Source of the DNA: an uncultured Acidobacteriota bacterium
GTDB taxonomy: Bacteria; Acidobacteriota; Blastocatellia; RBC074
Assembly: GCA_963796275.1 (NCBI GenBank)
Contig: CAWCKY010000004.1
Coordinates: forward strand, 480,001 to 544,000
DNA: 64,000 nucleotides
Direction: 5' to 3'
A program made the position numbers and the translations under genes. Below are positions 43,179 through 53,100 of the stretch, one piece after another. Each line of letters starts with the position of its first letter. Positions within the stretch are counted from its first letter, which is position 1. Below the pieces are notes generated by a model. The model did no database searches. It was not told where the DNA came from and saw only the letters and a program-made list of their open reading frames with translations.

Positions 43179-43702
43179 GGTGGCTTGCCAGTATCAACTA
43201 TACTAGCATGGACCGTTTTTCGCGCTTCGAGAGCCTGATCAATCTGTTCCTCTGCCACGCTCTTCGTCACCCCCATCACCTCAGCGAGCTCGCTAACCAG
43301 GAGCTTTCTCGCTCTTTCCAGACTCCATTTCTCACGAAGCGACAGCTCCTTCGTCTCTCTCAACTCGGTTAGTGACTCAATGATTCTGGCCAGGTCAAAT
43401 GGCGATCCGGAGTTGAACAGATTTAGGTTGTCGTTGGCACGCTGCCTCCAGTCGATAGCCATTCTGGTTGTCTTCATTAGCTGGTCAAGCAGTTTCGGTA
43501 TATCAGACTTCTCCAGCAGCGGCCGAATACCGACGGCCTGGATTTTATCTACTGGGACGTACAACTCGCCGCCACTCCCATCCAAGATTACCAGATGGTA
43601 GAAACTTCTCAGTCTGTCGTTGACGACTCTATTGGTGACCGTGTCAATAAGACAAGGGCCCTGACACGGATAAACAACTTTATTCCCAACGCTAAATACC
43701 AC
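43160..43702 (-). CDS. carD: CarD family transcriptional regulator (second copy)
   Basis: Close paralog of 29123-29653. Confidence 0.88.
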   Translation of the reverse strand: MVFSVGNKVVYPCQGPCLIDTVTNRVVNDRLRSFYHLVILDGSGGELYVPVDKIQAVGIRPLLEKSDIPKLLDQLMKTTRMAIDWRQRANDNLNLFNSGSPFDLARIIESLTELRETKELSLREKWSLERARKLLVSELAEVMGVTKSVAEEQIDQALEARKTVHASIVDTGKPPCMNMK

Positions 43703-43819
43703 TCGAACCTCATTCTCCAGCCAGATTCCTGGTCTTCGTCCAATCTAAATCGGACCGTCAGCGGCACCTTACCGATTCCGTTCCGAACTTGATAATAAGG
43801 CTGATCTAGGGTGAATTTC

Positions 43820-43835
43820 TGTCCAATATTGGACA
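43820..43835 (-). promoter_or_regulatory. Crp-type palindromic box upstream of carD
   Basis: TGTCCAATATTGGACA; 22 nt from minus-strand TATTAT (43792-43797). Confidence 0.8.
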
Positions 43836-43882
43836 AGTTTTAAAAAGAATTATCGCGAAATCTCGAGAGGTATGCAGCCCCG

Positions 43883-44563
43883 CTAGGCGATCTGAGCCAG
43901 GTAGGCAGTGAGCTTCTTTTCTTTGATAATGAGAAAGCGGTCGGCGCTTGTTTCAATCAACCCGAGGTTGCGAAATCGCTGCATAAACTTACTGATCCTG
44001 GGCCTTGTGGTGCCAACCATCTCCGACAATTCTTCGTGCGAAATTCTGTGCTCGATGAGAACGCTGCGAGTGTCCTGCGTGCCGAATTTTCGGGCCAGTT
44101 GCAATAACGTCTTGCCCAGCCGCTGTTCGCTATCAACCGTCACCAGATTGGCGATGACCTGCTGTTGATCGGCAATGCGCACCGCCAGGTACTGCACAAA
44201 GCCCTCAAATAACAAATCGCGTTTTAAACGTGCAAAGAAGCTGGAACAAGGAATTTGTTTTAAGCTAGTCTCTTCCATGGCGGTCGCTGTTTCCAGACGT
44301 GAGCCCAATCCGGACAGGCACAGCTCGCCGAAAATATCTCCCACTGTGTGGATAGCCAGTAAACACTCTCTACCTTCCGGCGAAAGCATCAGCAGTTTGA
44401 TGTGTCCGCTTTCAATGAAGTAGACCATCTCGGCACTGTCTCCACAGGTATAGACGTGATCGTGTTTCGCGATGTTTATGGCGCGCGAATTGAGTGTCTC
44501 GTTCATCAACGAATCGCGCAATTGTTGTTTGAACTGTTCAGCTTGAGAAGTCTCTTGAATCAT
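43883..44563 (-). CDS. Crp/Fnr family transcriptional regulator
   Basis: cNMP domain GDIFGELCL...RLETATA; HTH ISHEELSEMVGTTRPRISKFM. Confidence 0.95.
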   Translation of the reverse strand: MIQETSQAEQFKQQLRDSLMNETLNSRAINIAKHDHVYTCGDSAEMVYFIESGHIKLLMLSPEGRECLLAIHTVGDIFGELCLSGLGSRLETATAMEETSLKQIPCSSFFARLKRDLLFEGFVQYLAVRIADQQQVIANLVTVDSEQRLGKTLLQLARKFGTQDTRSVLIEHRISHEELSEMVGTTRPRISKFMQRFRNLGLIETSADRFLIIKEKKLTAYLAQIA

Positions 44564-44711
44564 GATCGTGTCTTCTTTCGATGCCCCTTACCAGGCAAAA
44601 AGGGCGCCCGAGTCGAATCAGACCTGAGCGCATCTACACTATTCGCCTTAAGAGCAGGAGTGCAGCGAGAGGGCGCTTTTGCACCCTCTCGTAACGAGAT
44701 ACCGGTCTAGT

Positions 44712-45029
44712 TCAAGCTACTTGAGCAGCGATCTTGTGGAAGGTCGAACTGGTAACATCGTAGGTTTCTATTTTCGGATCTCCCTCTACTAAATTCGATA
44801 GGAGCTTCAGCACTTCCTGATACCCAGTGCGGCTGTAAGCCTCTGCATCCTCCTTTGTCTCCCAGAAACTGAGCGCTACGGCTTCCGAGCGTTCAGGAAT
44901 AACAAAGGTGACCTCATCACGGAATCCCTTCTGTCCGCGGAGAAGCGGAATAATATCGTTCTCGATAACGCGGCTAAACTCTACGGCGGAGTTTGCCCGG
45001 AGTTTTATTGTGACATGGCGTGAAAACAT
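44712..45029 (-). CDS. ABM / dimeric alpha-beta barrel protein
   Basis: IIPLLRGQKGF...ALSFWETKEDAEAY. Confidence 0.75.
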   Translation of the reverse strand: MFSRHVTIKLRANSAVEFSRVIENDIIPLLRGQKGFRDEVTFVIPERSEAVALSFWETKEDAEAYSRTGYQEVLKLLSNLVEGDPKIETYDVTSSTFHKIAAQVA

Positions 45030-45047
45030 TGTTTGCTCCTTTGGAAG

Positions 45048-45154
45048 ATGAGCTGTTCGTTTCAGATAGTCTGGATGATTCCAGAGGAGCTGATGAAGAG
45101 AGTAAGCTAGGCTCGGTTCTTACTCATGCTGTGGCATGCGTACTGCTTTGTCAA
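45048..45154 (-). promoter_or_regulatory. Sigma70-like promoter plus conserved structured 5' leader (copy 2)
   Basis: TTGACA-N17-CAGCAT, then the same leader as 31908-32017. Confidence 0.65.
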
Positions 45155-45222
45155 GCTAAGGCGCCTCCGCCGATATTACTCGACTCTTACATCAGTATCA
45201 GACCATTGTACAAGTGCACTAG

Positions 45223-45328
45223 TTGACAAAGCCATATCCAAGCCGCATAGTGGTTGAGATCGAGTCTAGCTGACTCCTTCATCAGTCTCTCTGGAATTCC
45301 CCAGACCCTCTGATTTCCACAGCTCACA
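45223..45328 (+). promoter_or_regulatory. Sigma70-like promoter plus conserved structured 5' leader (copy 3)
   Basis: TTGACA-N17-CATAGT, then TAGCT..CTTCATCAG..TCTGGAAT...CCAGA....CTGA..ACAGCTCA. Confidence 0.6.
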
Positions 45329-45413
45329 CTCAAATTCCTTTCACAGGTCCGGGCAGAGGACAGCACTGCCGTATATTGGTTTGAATAAAACAGAATAAGA
45401 CCGGGGGAGAGTC

Positions 45414-45656
45414 TTGATTGTCATACTGATAGACTTGGAGCAAGCATGCGAACGCCTGGCTGCCGGTGAGGATGCTTATGAGTATCAAACTGAAAACCAT
45501 GCGTTGAGAATTCTCGGGCCAGCCTGCGGCTTCGGGGCCGAGTACCTGCGGCGGCTGCGGACCGACGGGCTCTATGCAGAAAGTCTCGATGAGGCACAAG
45601 CGCAAGCCCAGGCCAGAAATGCAGTTCTCACCGGGGTCTGGTTTGTGAAGCGCTAG
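45414..45656 (+). CDS. Small hypothetical protein
   Basis: GGGGGAG RBS before TTG; downstream of leader copy 3. Confidence 0.5.
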   Translation: MIVILIDLEQACERLAAGEDAYEYQTENHALRILGPACGFGAEYLRRLRTDGLYAESLDEAQAQAQARNAVLTGVWFVKR

Positions 45657-45724
45657 CAGCGCGGCGGCCTGTCTAACTTACTCATCCACGATCTTACTCA
45701 TCCACGATGCGGGGCCCTACCTGA

Positions 45725-46450
45725 GTGAAGAGTAAAAATATGAGCGCGAATATATTCATAATTGAATGCGGCAGGTGCGGTGAAACGAGATTGGAGACGC
45801 TGGCGGAAGGCGAGGCCATGGCCCTTGGCGGCGACATCGATTCCCTCTCACGCTATTGCGCGCAATGCGGCAGCACGACGGGCTGGTTGACGTGGCAACG
45901 GAAATTAAATGATGAGTTGTCAAATCCGCCAACTCACGAGGGTGTCCGCCGAATCGCCGCGCGGCCAGTTCCTGCCGGGCAAGAGCGGCTGGCAAGCCGA
46001 TCGGAACTCGATGCTATCAATGAGATACTACAACAGCGCAAGGCCGCGCGCCCCGTCAGAGCTGATGAACGGAGCTGTCCGTCTCCTTATCAGGAATCGA
46101 GCGAAGCTGGCGACAGTCCGGTTTGGAATGGGGGAGTCATAAACCGATTCCTCCTCTGCACGATAGTCTGGAGCGTAGCGCGGGAGATCAAGGCGAAGGG
46201 GGAGACGAGCGGTGAGAGATTGCCGATGCAGCGAATTGCCCGGGAAGTGTTGTGCTCTTACCTGCAGGAGTGGGCGCCGTCTGAGCGATACCTGTTGGAG
46301 GAGGAGGCATTAGAAGACGCGATCAAAAGGCGTTTATTTGAGCTATTCGAACAGTCCCGTATGCAGTATGCCGAGGAGCGCCTATTCGACATCGACAGTT
46401 TGGTCGCAGCCGAACAAACAAAGCGCAGATACCGGAATGTCAAACCTTAA
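45725..46450 (+). CDS. Hypothetical protein with N-terminal Zn-ribbon-like motifs
   Basis: CGRC...CAQC; 241 aa. Confidence 0.6.
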   Translation: MKSKNMSANIFIIECGRCGETRLETLAEGEAMALGGDIDSLSRYCAQCGSTTGWLTWQRKLNDELSNPPTHEGVRRIAARPVPAGQERLASRSELDAINEILQQRKAARPVRADERSCPSPYQESSEAGDSPVWNGGVINRFLLCTIVWSVAREIKAKGETSGERLPMQRIAREVLCSYLQEWAPSERYLLEEEALEDAIKRRLFELFEQSRMQYAEERLFDIDSLVAAEQTKRRYRNVKP

Positions 46451-46519
46451 CTGAATCCTACCAATCACATCACTGAGAATCACGAACGCTGCAAGGCGCT
46501 GTGCGAACGGCGATAGCGG

Positions 46520-46726
46520 TCAACAGCGCTCTGACTTATTCACCAGGTACTCCCATAGCGCCCAAGCTTCCCTCCCCTTCAGCACATGCTCAAAAAGCTG
46601 GTTGTCCGGATGAGTAGATATAACACAGAAAAACAACGTCAGTATCTGGTCATCTTTCACCTTGATAAACTCTGCTTTGACGATATGGGACTCGTTAATG
46701 ATTAGATTCTCGTTGATTCTCACCAT
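46520..46726 (-). CDS. Small hypothetical protein
   Basis: AAGGA RBS; MVRINENLIINESHIVKAE...GREAWALWEYL. Confidence 0.6.
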   Translation of the reverse strand: MVRINENLIINESHIVKAEFIKVKDDQILTLFFCVISTHPDNQLFEHVLKGREAWALWEYLVNKSERC

Positions 46727-46747
46727 CGAACTGATTCCTTGGCAATT

Positions 46748-47104
46748 TTATATGCGAGCGCGCGCATGGATGAGCCGGCGAACCCGATCCGAAAAGAGTA
46801 CGTCGATCTTTTGCGGCTCGATCACCGCCGTCACTTCGCCCAGGCCGAAGGTCGGGTGCATCATGGTCTGCCCTTTGCGATAAGTGCGCGTCCAGTCATA
46901 AGGTGGACTGTTGGGAGGCAGAGAGCGCTTATTCTTTACGCTCTTGCCGCTCTTAAATGCCGTGTGCGTGTCGCATTGAGGGCAGCGCACTCTGGAAATC
47001 TGACCTTGTTTGTTGAGCAACGCGACTATATGTCCACGCTCCTCATTACAAACCGCACATAGCTTATCCACTCGATCACCAACCGCGTATTGATATTTTT
47101 CCAT
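46748..47104 (-). CDS. Zn-ribbon plus Tudor-like (PcrA/UvrD C-terminal-like) protein
   Basis: CAVC...H...CPQC; YRKGQ.MMHPTFGLGEV...KIDVLF. Confidence 0.75.
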   Translation of the reverse strand: MEKYQYAVGDRVDKLCAVCNEERGHIVALLNKQGQISRVRCPQCDTHTAFKSGKSVKNKRSLPPNSPPYDWTRTYRKGQTMMHPTFGLGEVTAVIEPQKIDVLFSDRVRRLIHARARI

Positions 47105-47139
47105 AACACTTTCTTCCTTTCTGTGACCCTCATCACTGT

Positions 47140-48360
47140 TTATCTGTTTGTCCGGCGCGACCGAAAGGAGCGATTCCCCCCGCTGCGATTGCCTCCGAAA
47201 GTTTTGAACGTTTTTGCGGAAATTTGCAGAGAAGTACCATGACCGCCAAACCCGGGGAGGAGAACGCGCTCAATCACCTGCCCCGTAAAACGCTCAATGG
47301 CGCTCATTGATAACTCATCGATACTCGTTATCAGAGTAACGGCGCGGCCGGGTTTGCCGGCGCGGCCAGTGCGCCCGATGCGATGGATGTAATCCTCAGG
47401 CGCTTCAGGCACATCGTAATTGATCACGTGTGAGACAGCATCAACATCGATCCCACGCGACGCTATGTCCGTAGCGATCAGTACGCGGTAGCGCCCTTCC
47501 TTGAAGCCGCGCAGCGCCGCTTCACGTTGCGACTGAGTGCGGTCGGCATGAATTCGATCAACTCGATGCTCCCGGGCGGCGAGAATATGCGAGAGACGCT
47601 CGGCCCCGCGTCGGGTGCGCGTAAAAACCAGCACTCGCGTGTAATGTTCCCGTTCGAGTAGATGTAGCAGGAGCGCCGTCTTCGATTCCATCGCGACTGG
47701 ATAGACGCTCTGATCGACCGTCTCGGCGGCTCGCCCGCGCGGACCCACTTCGATGATCTTCGGTTGCCGCATGGTCGAACGCGCAATCTTCTCGATAGAA
47801 GGCGACATCGTCGCCGAGAAGAGCAGTGATTGCCGCCGCGCCGGCAGCTTGGCGATAACTTCATTAATGGCCGGCCAGAATCCCATATCCAGCATGCGGT
47901 CCGCCTCATCGATGACGAACATCTCAACCTGTGACAGGTCGATGGAGCCGCGCTCAATGTGATCGAGCAGACGTCCCGGAGTCGCAATTACGACCGGCGT
48001 CGCACGACGTAGACTTTCCAGCTGTCGCCTGATAGTTGCGCCGCCGATCAGAGTAGCTGAGCGCACGCGCCCTTTCGTCTCTAAAGCGTGCAGGTTCGTC
48101 GTTAGCTGAGAGGCAAGCTCACGCGTCGGGGCGAGAATAAGCACACGCACACCATCGCCGGGAGCATTATAAATTCTTTGGATTATGGGGAGCAGGAAAG
48201 CGGCCGTCTTGCCGGTGCCGGTTTCGGCACAACCAATCAAATCAGAACCGCTTAGAATAAAGGGGATGGCCTGTCTTTGAATCTGGGTCGGTTCGGTATA
48301 TCCGAGAGCTTCACACGCGCGCACTAGTGTCGGATGTAGCCCCAGTTTAGAAAAATTCAT
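47140..48360 (-). CDS. DEAD-box RNA helicase (RhlE-like)
   Basis: AETGTGKT, PTRELA, TPGRL, DEAD, SAT, HRIGRTGR. Confidence 0.96.
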   Translation of the reverse strand: MNFSKLGLHPTLVRACEALGYTEPTQIQRQAIPFILSGSDLIGCAETGTGKTAAFLLPIIQRIYNAPGDGVRVLILAPTRELASQLTTNLHALETKGRVRSATLIGGATIRRQLESLRRATPVVIATPGRLLDHIERGSIDLSQVEMFVIDEADRMLDMGFWPAINEVIAKLPARRQSLLFSATMSPSIEKIARSTMRQPKIIEVGPRGRAAETVDQSVYPVAMESKTALLLHLLEREHYTRVLVFTRTRRGAERLSHILAAREHRVDRIHADRTQSQREAALRGFKEGRYRVLIATDIASRGIDVDAVSHVINYDVPEAPEDYIHRIGRTGRAGKPGRAVTLITSIDELSMSAIERFTGQVIERVLLPGFGGHGTSLQISAKTFKTFGGNRSGGNRSFRSRRTNR

Positions 48361-48650
48361 GAAATTCCTTTTTGTGCGACTCCAAGTTGAATCTCTGAAA
48401 GGCGAGGTTGCCCACATAATGTATCATAGACATGTATTTGTACCTTTCCTCTATGGAGTGTTAAGAGAAGCTTCGTATTAGAGTGTGACTTCGGTGAATG
48501 GTAGCAGCGAAGGCTTGGATGCCCTAATGAGCAGCTTCTGAAGTTGGTATAAGCCTGCTCTCGAATAATCCATTATGCCGCTAGCGTTTAGAGGCAGAAG
48601 CGTATCACTCTTGATACGCAAGAGAGAAGGAATAACACGATAATAATGCA

Positions 48651-48860
48651 CTACTTATTGGATGATTGCAATGGGTCGCCTTCGGCGAGCATCTCCGGGA
48701 ACTTCTTCACATCCTGCGAACGATCGATGTCAGCTCCCAGCAATGCATCCGGCGTATCAACGACAACAAAACCCTCCACGCCAAGCAGAGCAGGCCGGCG
48801 CTCCTCGGACGAATAGACGAGATTGCGCTTCGAAGCTATAACGCCGATTTCGCGAATCTC
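48651..48860 (-). pseudogene. Displaced 3' fragment of a mannose-1-phosphate guanylyltransferase gene
   Basis: Translates [44 protein letters not shown], versus [44 protein letters not shown] in the intact gene. Confidence 0.85.
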
Positions 48861-49417
48861 GGCCTGAAAGGCGCTCGTCTTTTACTCACGCTGAACGAAG
48901 AGAAGAATGCGCCGACAGTATCGCTAAAGTAATAGAAAGAAGATTTGCCGCGAATAACAACGGGAATCAGAAAGCACGAAGATGAATCTCGATAGAACAT
49001 TCTCAAGCAAGAAGTGTCGCCTATCTCATCCTGAAAGGTAAAAGGTAAAAAGGTAAAACCTCTCCTTCAGCCATCTTGATTGCACGCATTTTAAATAGTC
49101 AGGGATTGTTGTGTATCTGTGTCAAAACGGGTAGACCAAACTTTTTCGCACGAACAGTAATATGGCGTTTTTTTCGACAACTTCTTTTCATGAGACTCAA
49201 CGGTTGAGTCTTCAATCTTTATCCTCCAAATACCACTTGAGCAGGAGTTTATATACGGCCTCTCAACATTCTTTTTAGCCCCGATTAGCTGTTTCAAAGG
49301 GCTGTTCCAAACCGGCATCGATCTGTTGCTAACTAAACTGCCCGACATGCCCCGCTTCATAAACTAAAGATAGCGCACTAAAGGCTACAGAAATCTAAAT
49401 ATAAAGGAAACACGATT

Positions 49418-50393
49418 ATGAAAAAAAAGTTGACATCCATCGTATCCATACTAGTCTTGCTGGCATTATTCGCCGTATTCCTTATCGGAACACCAAATGT
49501 ACAGCAGGTTGGTAGTGCACAATCCGTCACGCTACCGAACAGAAATATTTACGCATTGACAAGCGACAATACCATCTACGTCCTACAACCCGGGGCGTCC
49601 GAATATATCAGGGTAGGTCGGGTAACCGGAATTCGCGGCGAGGCATTGATCGGAATCGATTTTCGTCCCGCTGATCGAACGCCCAACATCGTCTATGGTT
49701 TAACGGACAGGGGTAGTATCTACCGAATCGACGTGTCGTTTGCTAGTTTTGGCGTAGTTGAACTGGTGAGTACCACCAACCCGCGCTTTGCCGGAGGATT
49801 TCAGTCATTGATGGACTACAATCCCGTAGCCAATGCTCTGCGTATTGTCGGCAGCAATGATCAAAACTTTGCGGTGGTAAATTCAGCAGATGGTACTAAT
49901 CTGGGAACCACTGCGGTTCAAACCTCCCTGGTTTACACAGCAGGTGATGTTAATCAAGGTACTAACCCGGAAATAGCTGCCGGGGCCTACAATAATAATT
50001 TCGTTGGCGCTGCTATTACACGGTTCTTTATGATCGATCACAATCTGGATACGTTCGTGACGATCTTTGACGAGGTTGCTACAGGCAGTTCGAACACGGG
50101 TGGCGGCCAGTTACAAACGATTGGCCCGATTGTTAACGCTAACGGCGCTCAGATTAATTTAACCCCTGACACCGATTTCGATATATTCACCAATAACGCC
50201 GGTGTCAATTTTCTAGTGGGTCAAACCGCACGTCAGCTCTTCACGATCGATCTATCACAGGTCAACCCGGTATCTCCCGTTGGGAACCACGCAAAATGTC
50301 GTCGTATCCCGAGTGAATTCGGTGCCTCAGCCGTTCTTCGACGCCCCAGTCACCGGAAATATTTTCGATATAGCAATTCCACCCAGGCTATAA
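49418..50393 (+). CDS. Secreted DUF4394-like protein (+1 frameshift near 50284)
   Basis: Signal peptide; LIGIDFRPAD, DYNPVANALRIV, AGAYNNN; the shifted frame gives a plausible end VTGNIFDIAIPPRL*. Confidence 0.75.
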
Positions 50394-50759
50394 CTCGTTA
50401 CACCATAATTAACATCTCGAGGTGCACAAAACCTCAGATTATCATGCCGGGACGTATTCAGTTAAAGAGGGTGTAAACTAACTGCGTTTTCACAGTATTG
50501 GTAGGTGGAAACAAAAATATGTCCCGGCATGAGCTATAGTGCCTGTAATCACGGAAGATATTTGACACTCACATAGGCGAAGCACTGGGTATGCTCGTGA
50601 TATAGGTTGGAGGCCATGAAATGGGCGACAGAGTTTGGGATCAACGCCTACGTTTGTGAAAAGCTGATTATCTTAAGATCAATAGTAGCGTTAGTATAAC
50701 TTTGCGTCTCCAGGATTATAGTTAGGTGGCACAATCACTATCCTGCGCTCGAAATACAG

Positions 50760-50887
50760 GGTGAAGCGCAGCTCCTGGTACGCATTAATAAAAAGCGCAA
50801 GCCCTGAAAGAGTGTAACAGTGAGCGGTTGCACCTCTACAGGGCTTTATTATTCGCTTACCACCAGGGGCTGCGCTGCGCTTCACCG
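50760..50887. repeat. REP-like intergenic inverted repeat
   Basis: GGTGAAGCGCAGC..CCTGG...AGCCCTG ... CAGGGCT...CCAGG..GCTGCGCTTCACC. Confidence 0.65.
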
Positions 50888-50897
50888 CGATTTTTAT

Positions 50898-51953
50898 CTA
50901 TTGTCTAGATTTAAGAATTTCCGTAAACTTCTTTACATCCTGCGAACGATTGATGTCAGCAACCAGCAATGCATCGGGCGTATCGACGATAACTAATCCC
51001 TCCACACCGAGCAAAGCGACTTTGCGCTCCGTGTTCGAATAGACGAGATTGCGTTGCGAATCCACGGCCATCATTTCCCCGAGCTGTAGATTCCCTTCTT
51101 CGTCATATTCGTTGTGGCGGAGCTCATATAATGCCTGCCAGCTCCCGACATCGCTCCATCCGAAATCAGCTTTGATAACATAGATGGGTCTGGCCGTTTT
51201 TTCCATCACACCATAATCGATCGATACCGATGGTAATTTTGCGTAAACGCGCTCAACGACCGCTTCGTAGCCGGGTAGATCGATGGCCTTTTCTATCTCC
51301 TTGAGCCCCTGATAGAGATCGGGCATACAAATTTCCAATTCGGAGAGGATCGTCCGCGGCGTGAAAACAAATATCCCGCTATTCCAAAGGAAATTGCCGC
51401 TCGCTAAGTATCGCAACGCTGTTTCATAATTCGGCTTCTCGACGAACCGCTCAACGTCGAAATATGAGCGCGATCGGCCACTGTTTTCAACGGTCTGAAT
51501 ATAACCGTATCCGGTCTCCGGCCTCGTCGGCGTAATCCCGAGAGTGATAACTGCACCTTGCCTAGCGAGCTCCGCCGCGGCGCGAATTGTATCGGCGAAT
51601 TTTTCATCATCGGCAATGAAATGGTCGGCCGGCAATACGACGACTGGCTCGTCTTCTGTAAATTGGCTGATATGCAGCGCCGCAAGCCCGATGCATGCGG
51701 CCGTATTTCTCCCGACCGGCTCCGCCAGAATTTTGATCGATGCGCCACCGAGCAGCTGCCCGGTAATCCCGGAATGAGCGCGACCGACTACTGTATATAT
51801 TCGATCTGTACTAGCGAAATGATGCACTCGTTGAACGGTCTCCTCGAGCATCGTCTTATCGCTGGTGATCTTCAAAAACTGTTTCGGTAGGTCTTCGCTG
51901 CTTGCCGGCCAGAACCTCGTCCCCGAACCGCCCGCCATTATTACTGCAAACAT
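50898..51953 (-). CDS. manC: Mannose-1-phosphate guanylyltransferase
   Basis: [45 protein letters not shown]. Confidence 0.95.
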   Translation of the reverse strand: MFAVIMAGGSGTRFWPASSEDLPKQFLKITSDKTMLEETVQRVHHFASTDRIYTVVGRAHSGITGQLLGGASIKILAEPVGRNTAACIGLAALHISQFTEDEPVVVLPADHFIADDEKFADTIRAAAELARQGAVITLGITPTRPETGYGYIQTVENSGRSRSYFDVERFVEKPNYETALRYLASGNFLWNSGIFVFTPRTILSELEICMPDLYQGLKEIEKAIDLPGYEAVVERVYAKLPSVSIDYGVMEKTARPIYVIKADFGWSDVGSWQALYELRHNEYDEEGNLQLGEMMAVDSQRNLVYSNTERKVALLGVEGLVIVDTPDALLVADINRSQDVKKFTEILKSRQ

Positions 51954-52000
51954 ATTTGTGTCTTTACTGTACTTGTATGATTTTTGTTGAAGCTTCTTGT

Positions 52001-53008
52001 TTAGATATTGATAACAATTTTCCCAAAGTGCGAGCCGCTCTCCATATATTTCAAGGCCTCGCGCGCTTCTGCAAACGGGAAAGTTCTATCAATCACGGGT
52101 TTCAGTCCATTGGCTGTTATGGCGCGGTTCATCTCCTCAAACATCTGGCGTGAACCGACCATGATGCCCTGCAGTCGTATGCCTTTCATCAGGACCCTCA
52201 CGTGGTCTAAACCGCCGCCGCTTGCCAGAACGCCGATGACATAAACTATTCCCTCCGTCCGCGCGGCATTAACCGATTTCGGGAGTGTGCCGGCGCCACC
52301 TACTTCAATCACATGATCGACTCCGGTGCCGCCAGTCAGGCGCGCAACCTCTTTATCCCAATCAGGCGTTTTCTTGTAATTTATTGTCTCGTCCGCGCCG
52401 AGTTTACGGACGCGCGCGAGCTTCTCGTCGCTGCTGGATGTAGCGATCACCCGGGCGCCGTGCATTTTTGCGATCTGGACGGCGAAGATCGAAACGCCGC
52501 CTGTCCCCAGAGTCAAAACCGTTTCGCCCGCCTTCAATTTCCCCATCTCGATCAGGGCATTCCACGCCGTCACCGCGGCACACGGCAGGGTAGATGCCTC
52601 CTCGAATGAAAGATGATCGGGGATGCGGACCAGGCCGTTTTCGTTGAATGCGCCAAACTCGCGCAAAACTCCATCGAGGTCTCCGCCTCCCAGAGCTGTC
52701 CGATCCTTCTGCTGCGTGCGTCGCCCTTCGATCCAGGCCTGGGTGAAGATCGGGCAGACGCGGTCCCCCACCTTCCATCTCGTAACATTGTCACCGATCG
52801 CGATAACCTCGCCCGCCCCATCCGAACACGGGACCGCTGGGAAACGCGAGCTCGGGTTATAAACTCCTTTGGCGAACAACAGGTCGCGAAAGTTTAAAGA
52901 TACTGCTCGAAATTTTACGACGACTTCAAACGCAGACGCTCGTGGCGTGTCGCGCTCGACCAGCGCCAGATTTTCCAAACCGAATTTTTGATATTCGTAA
53001 ACTTTCAT
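52001..53008 (-). CDS. NAD(P)-dependent medium-chain alcohol dehydrogenase/reductase
   Basis: [38 protein letters not shown]. Confidence 0.93.
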   Translation of the reverse strand: MKVYEYQKFGLENLALVERDTPRASAFEVVVKFRAVSLNFRDLLFAKGVYNPSSRFPAVPCSDGAGEVIAIGDNVTRWKVGDRVCPIFTQAWIEGRRTQQKDRTALGGGDLDGVLREFGAFNENGLVRIPDHLSFEEASTLPCAAVTAWNALIEMGKLKAGETVLTLGTGGVSIFAVQIAKMHGARVIATSSSDEKLARVRKLGADETINYKKTPDWDKEVARLTGGTGVDHVIEVGGAGTLPKSVNAARTEGIVYVIGVLASGGGLDHVRVLMKGIRLQGIMVGSRQMFEEMNRAITANGLKPVIDRTFPFAEAREALKYMESGSHFGKIVINI

Positions 53009-53100
53009 AATTCCTCCTGATCAATATGGGCAACCCGAATCATATCCGCAGTCTATCACTCATAACAATTAGTGAACCAATGTTCCTCAGAAAATTGTTG

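Noticed and set aside
48666-48932. Plus-strand 88-aa ORF
   Set aside because: It is the antisense of the manC 3' fragment.
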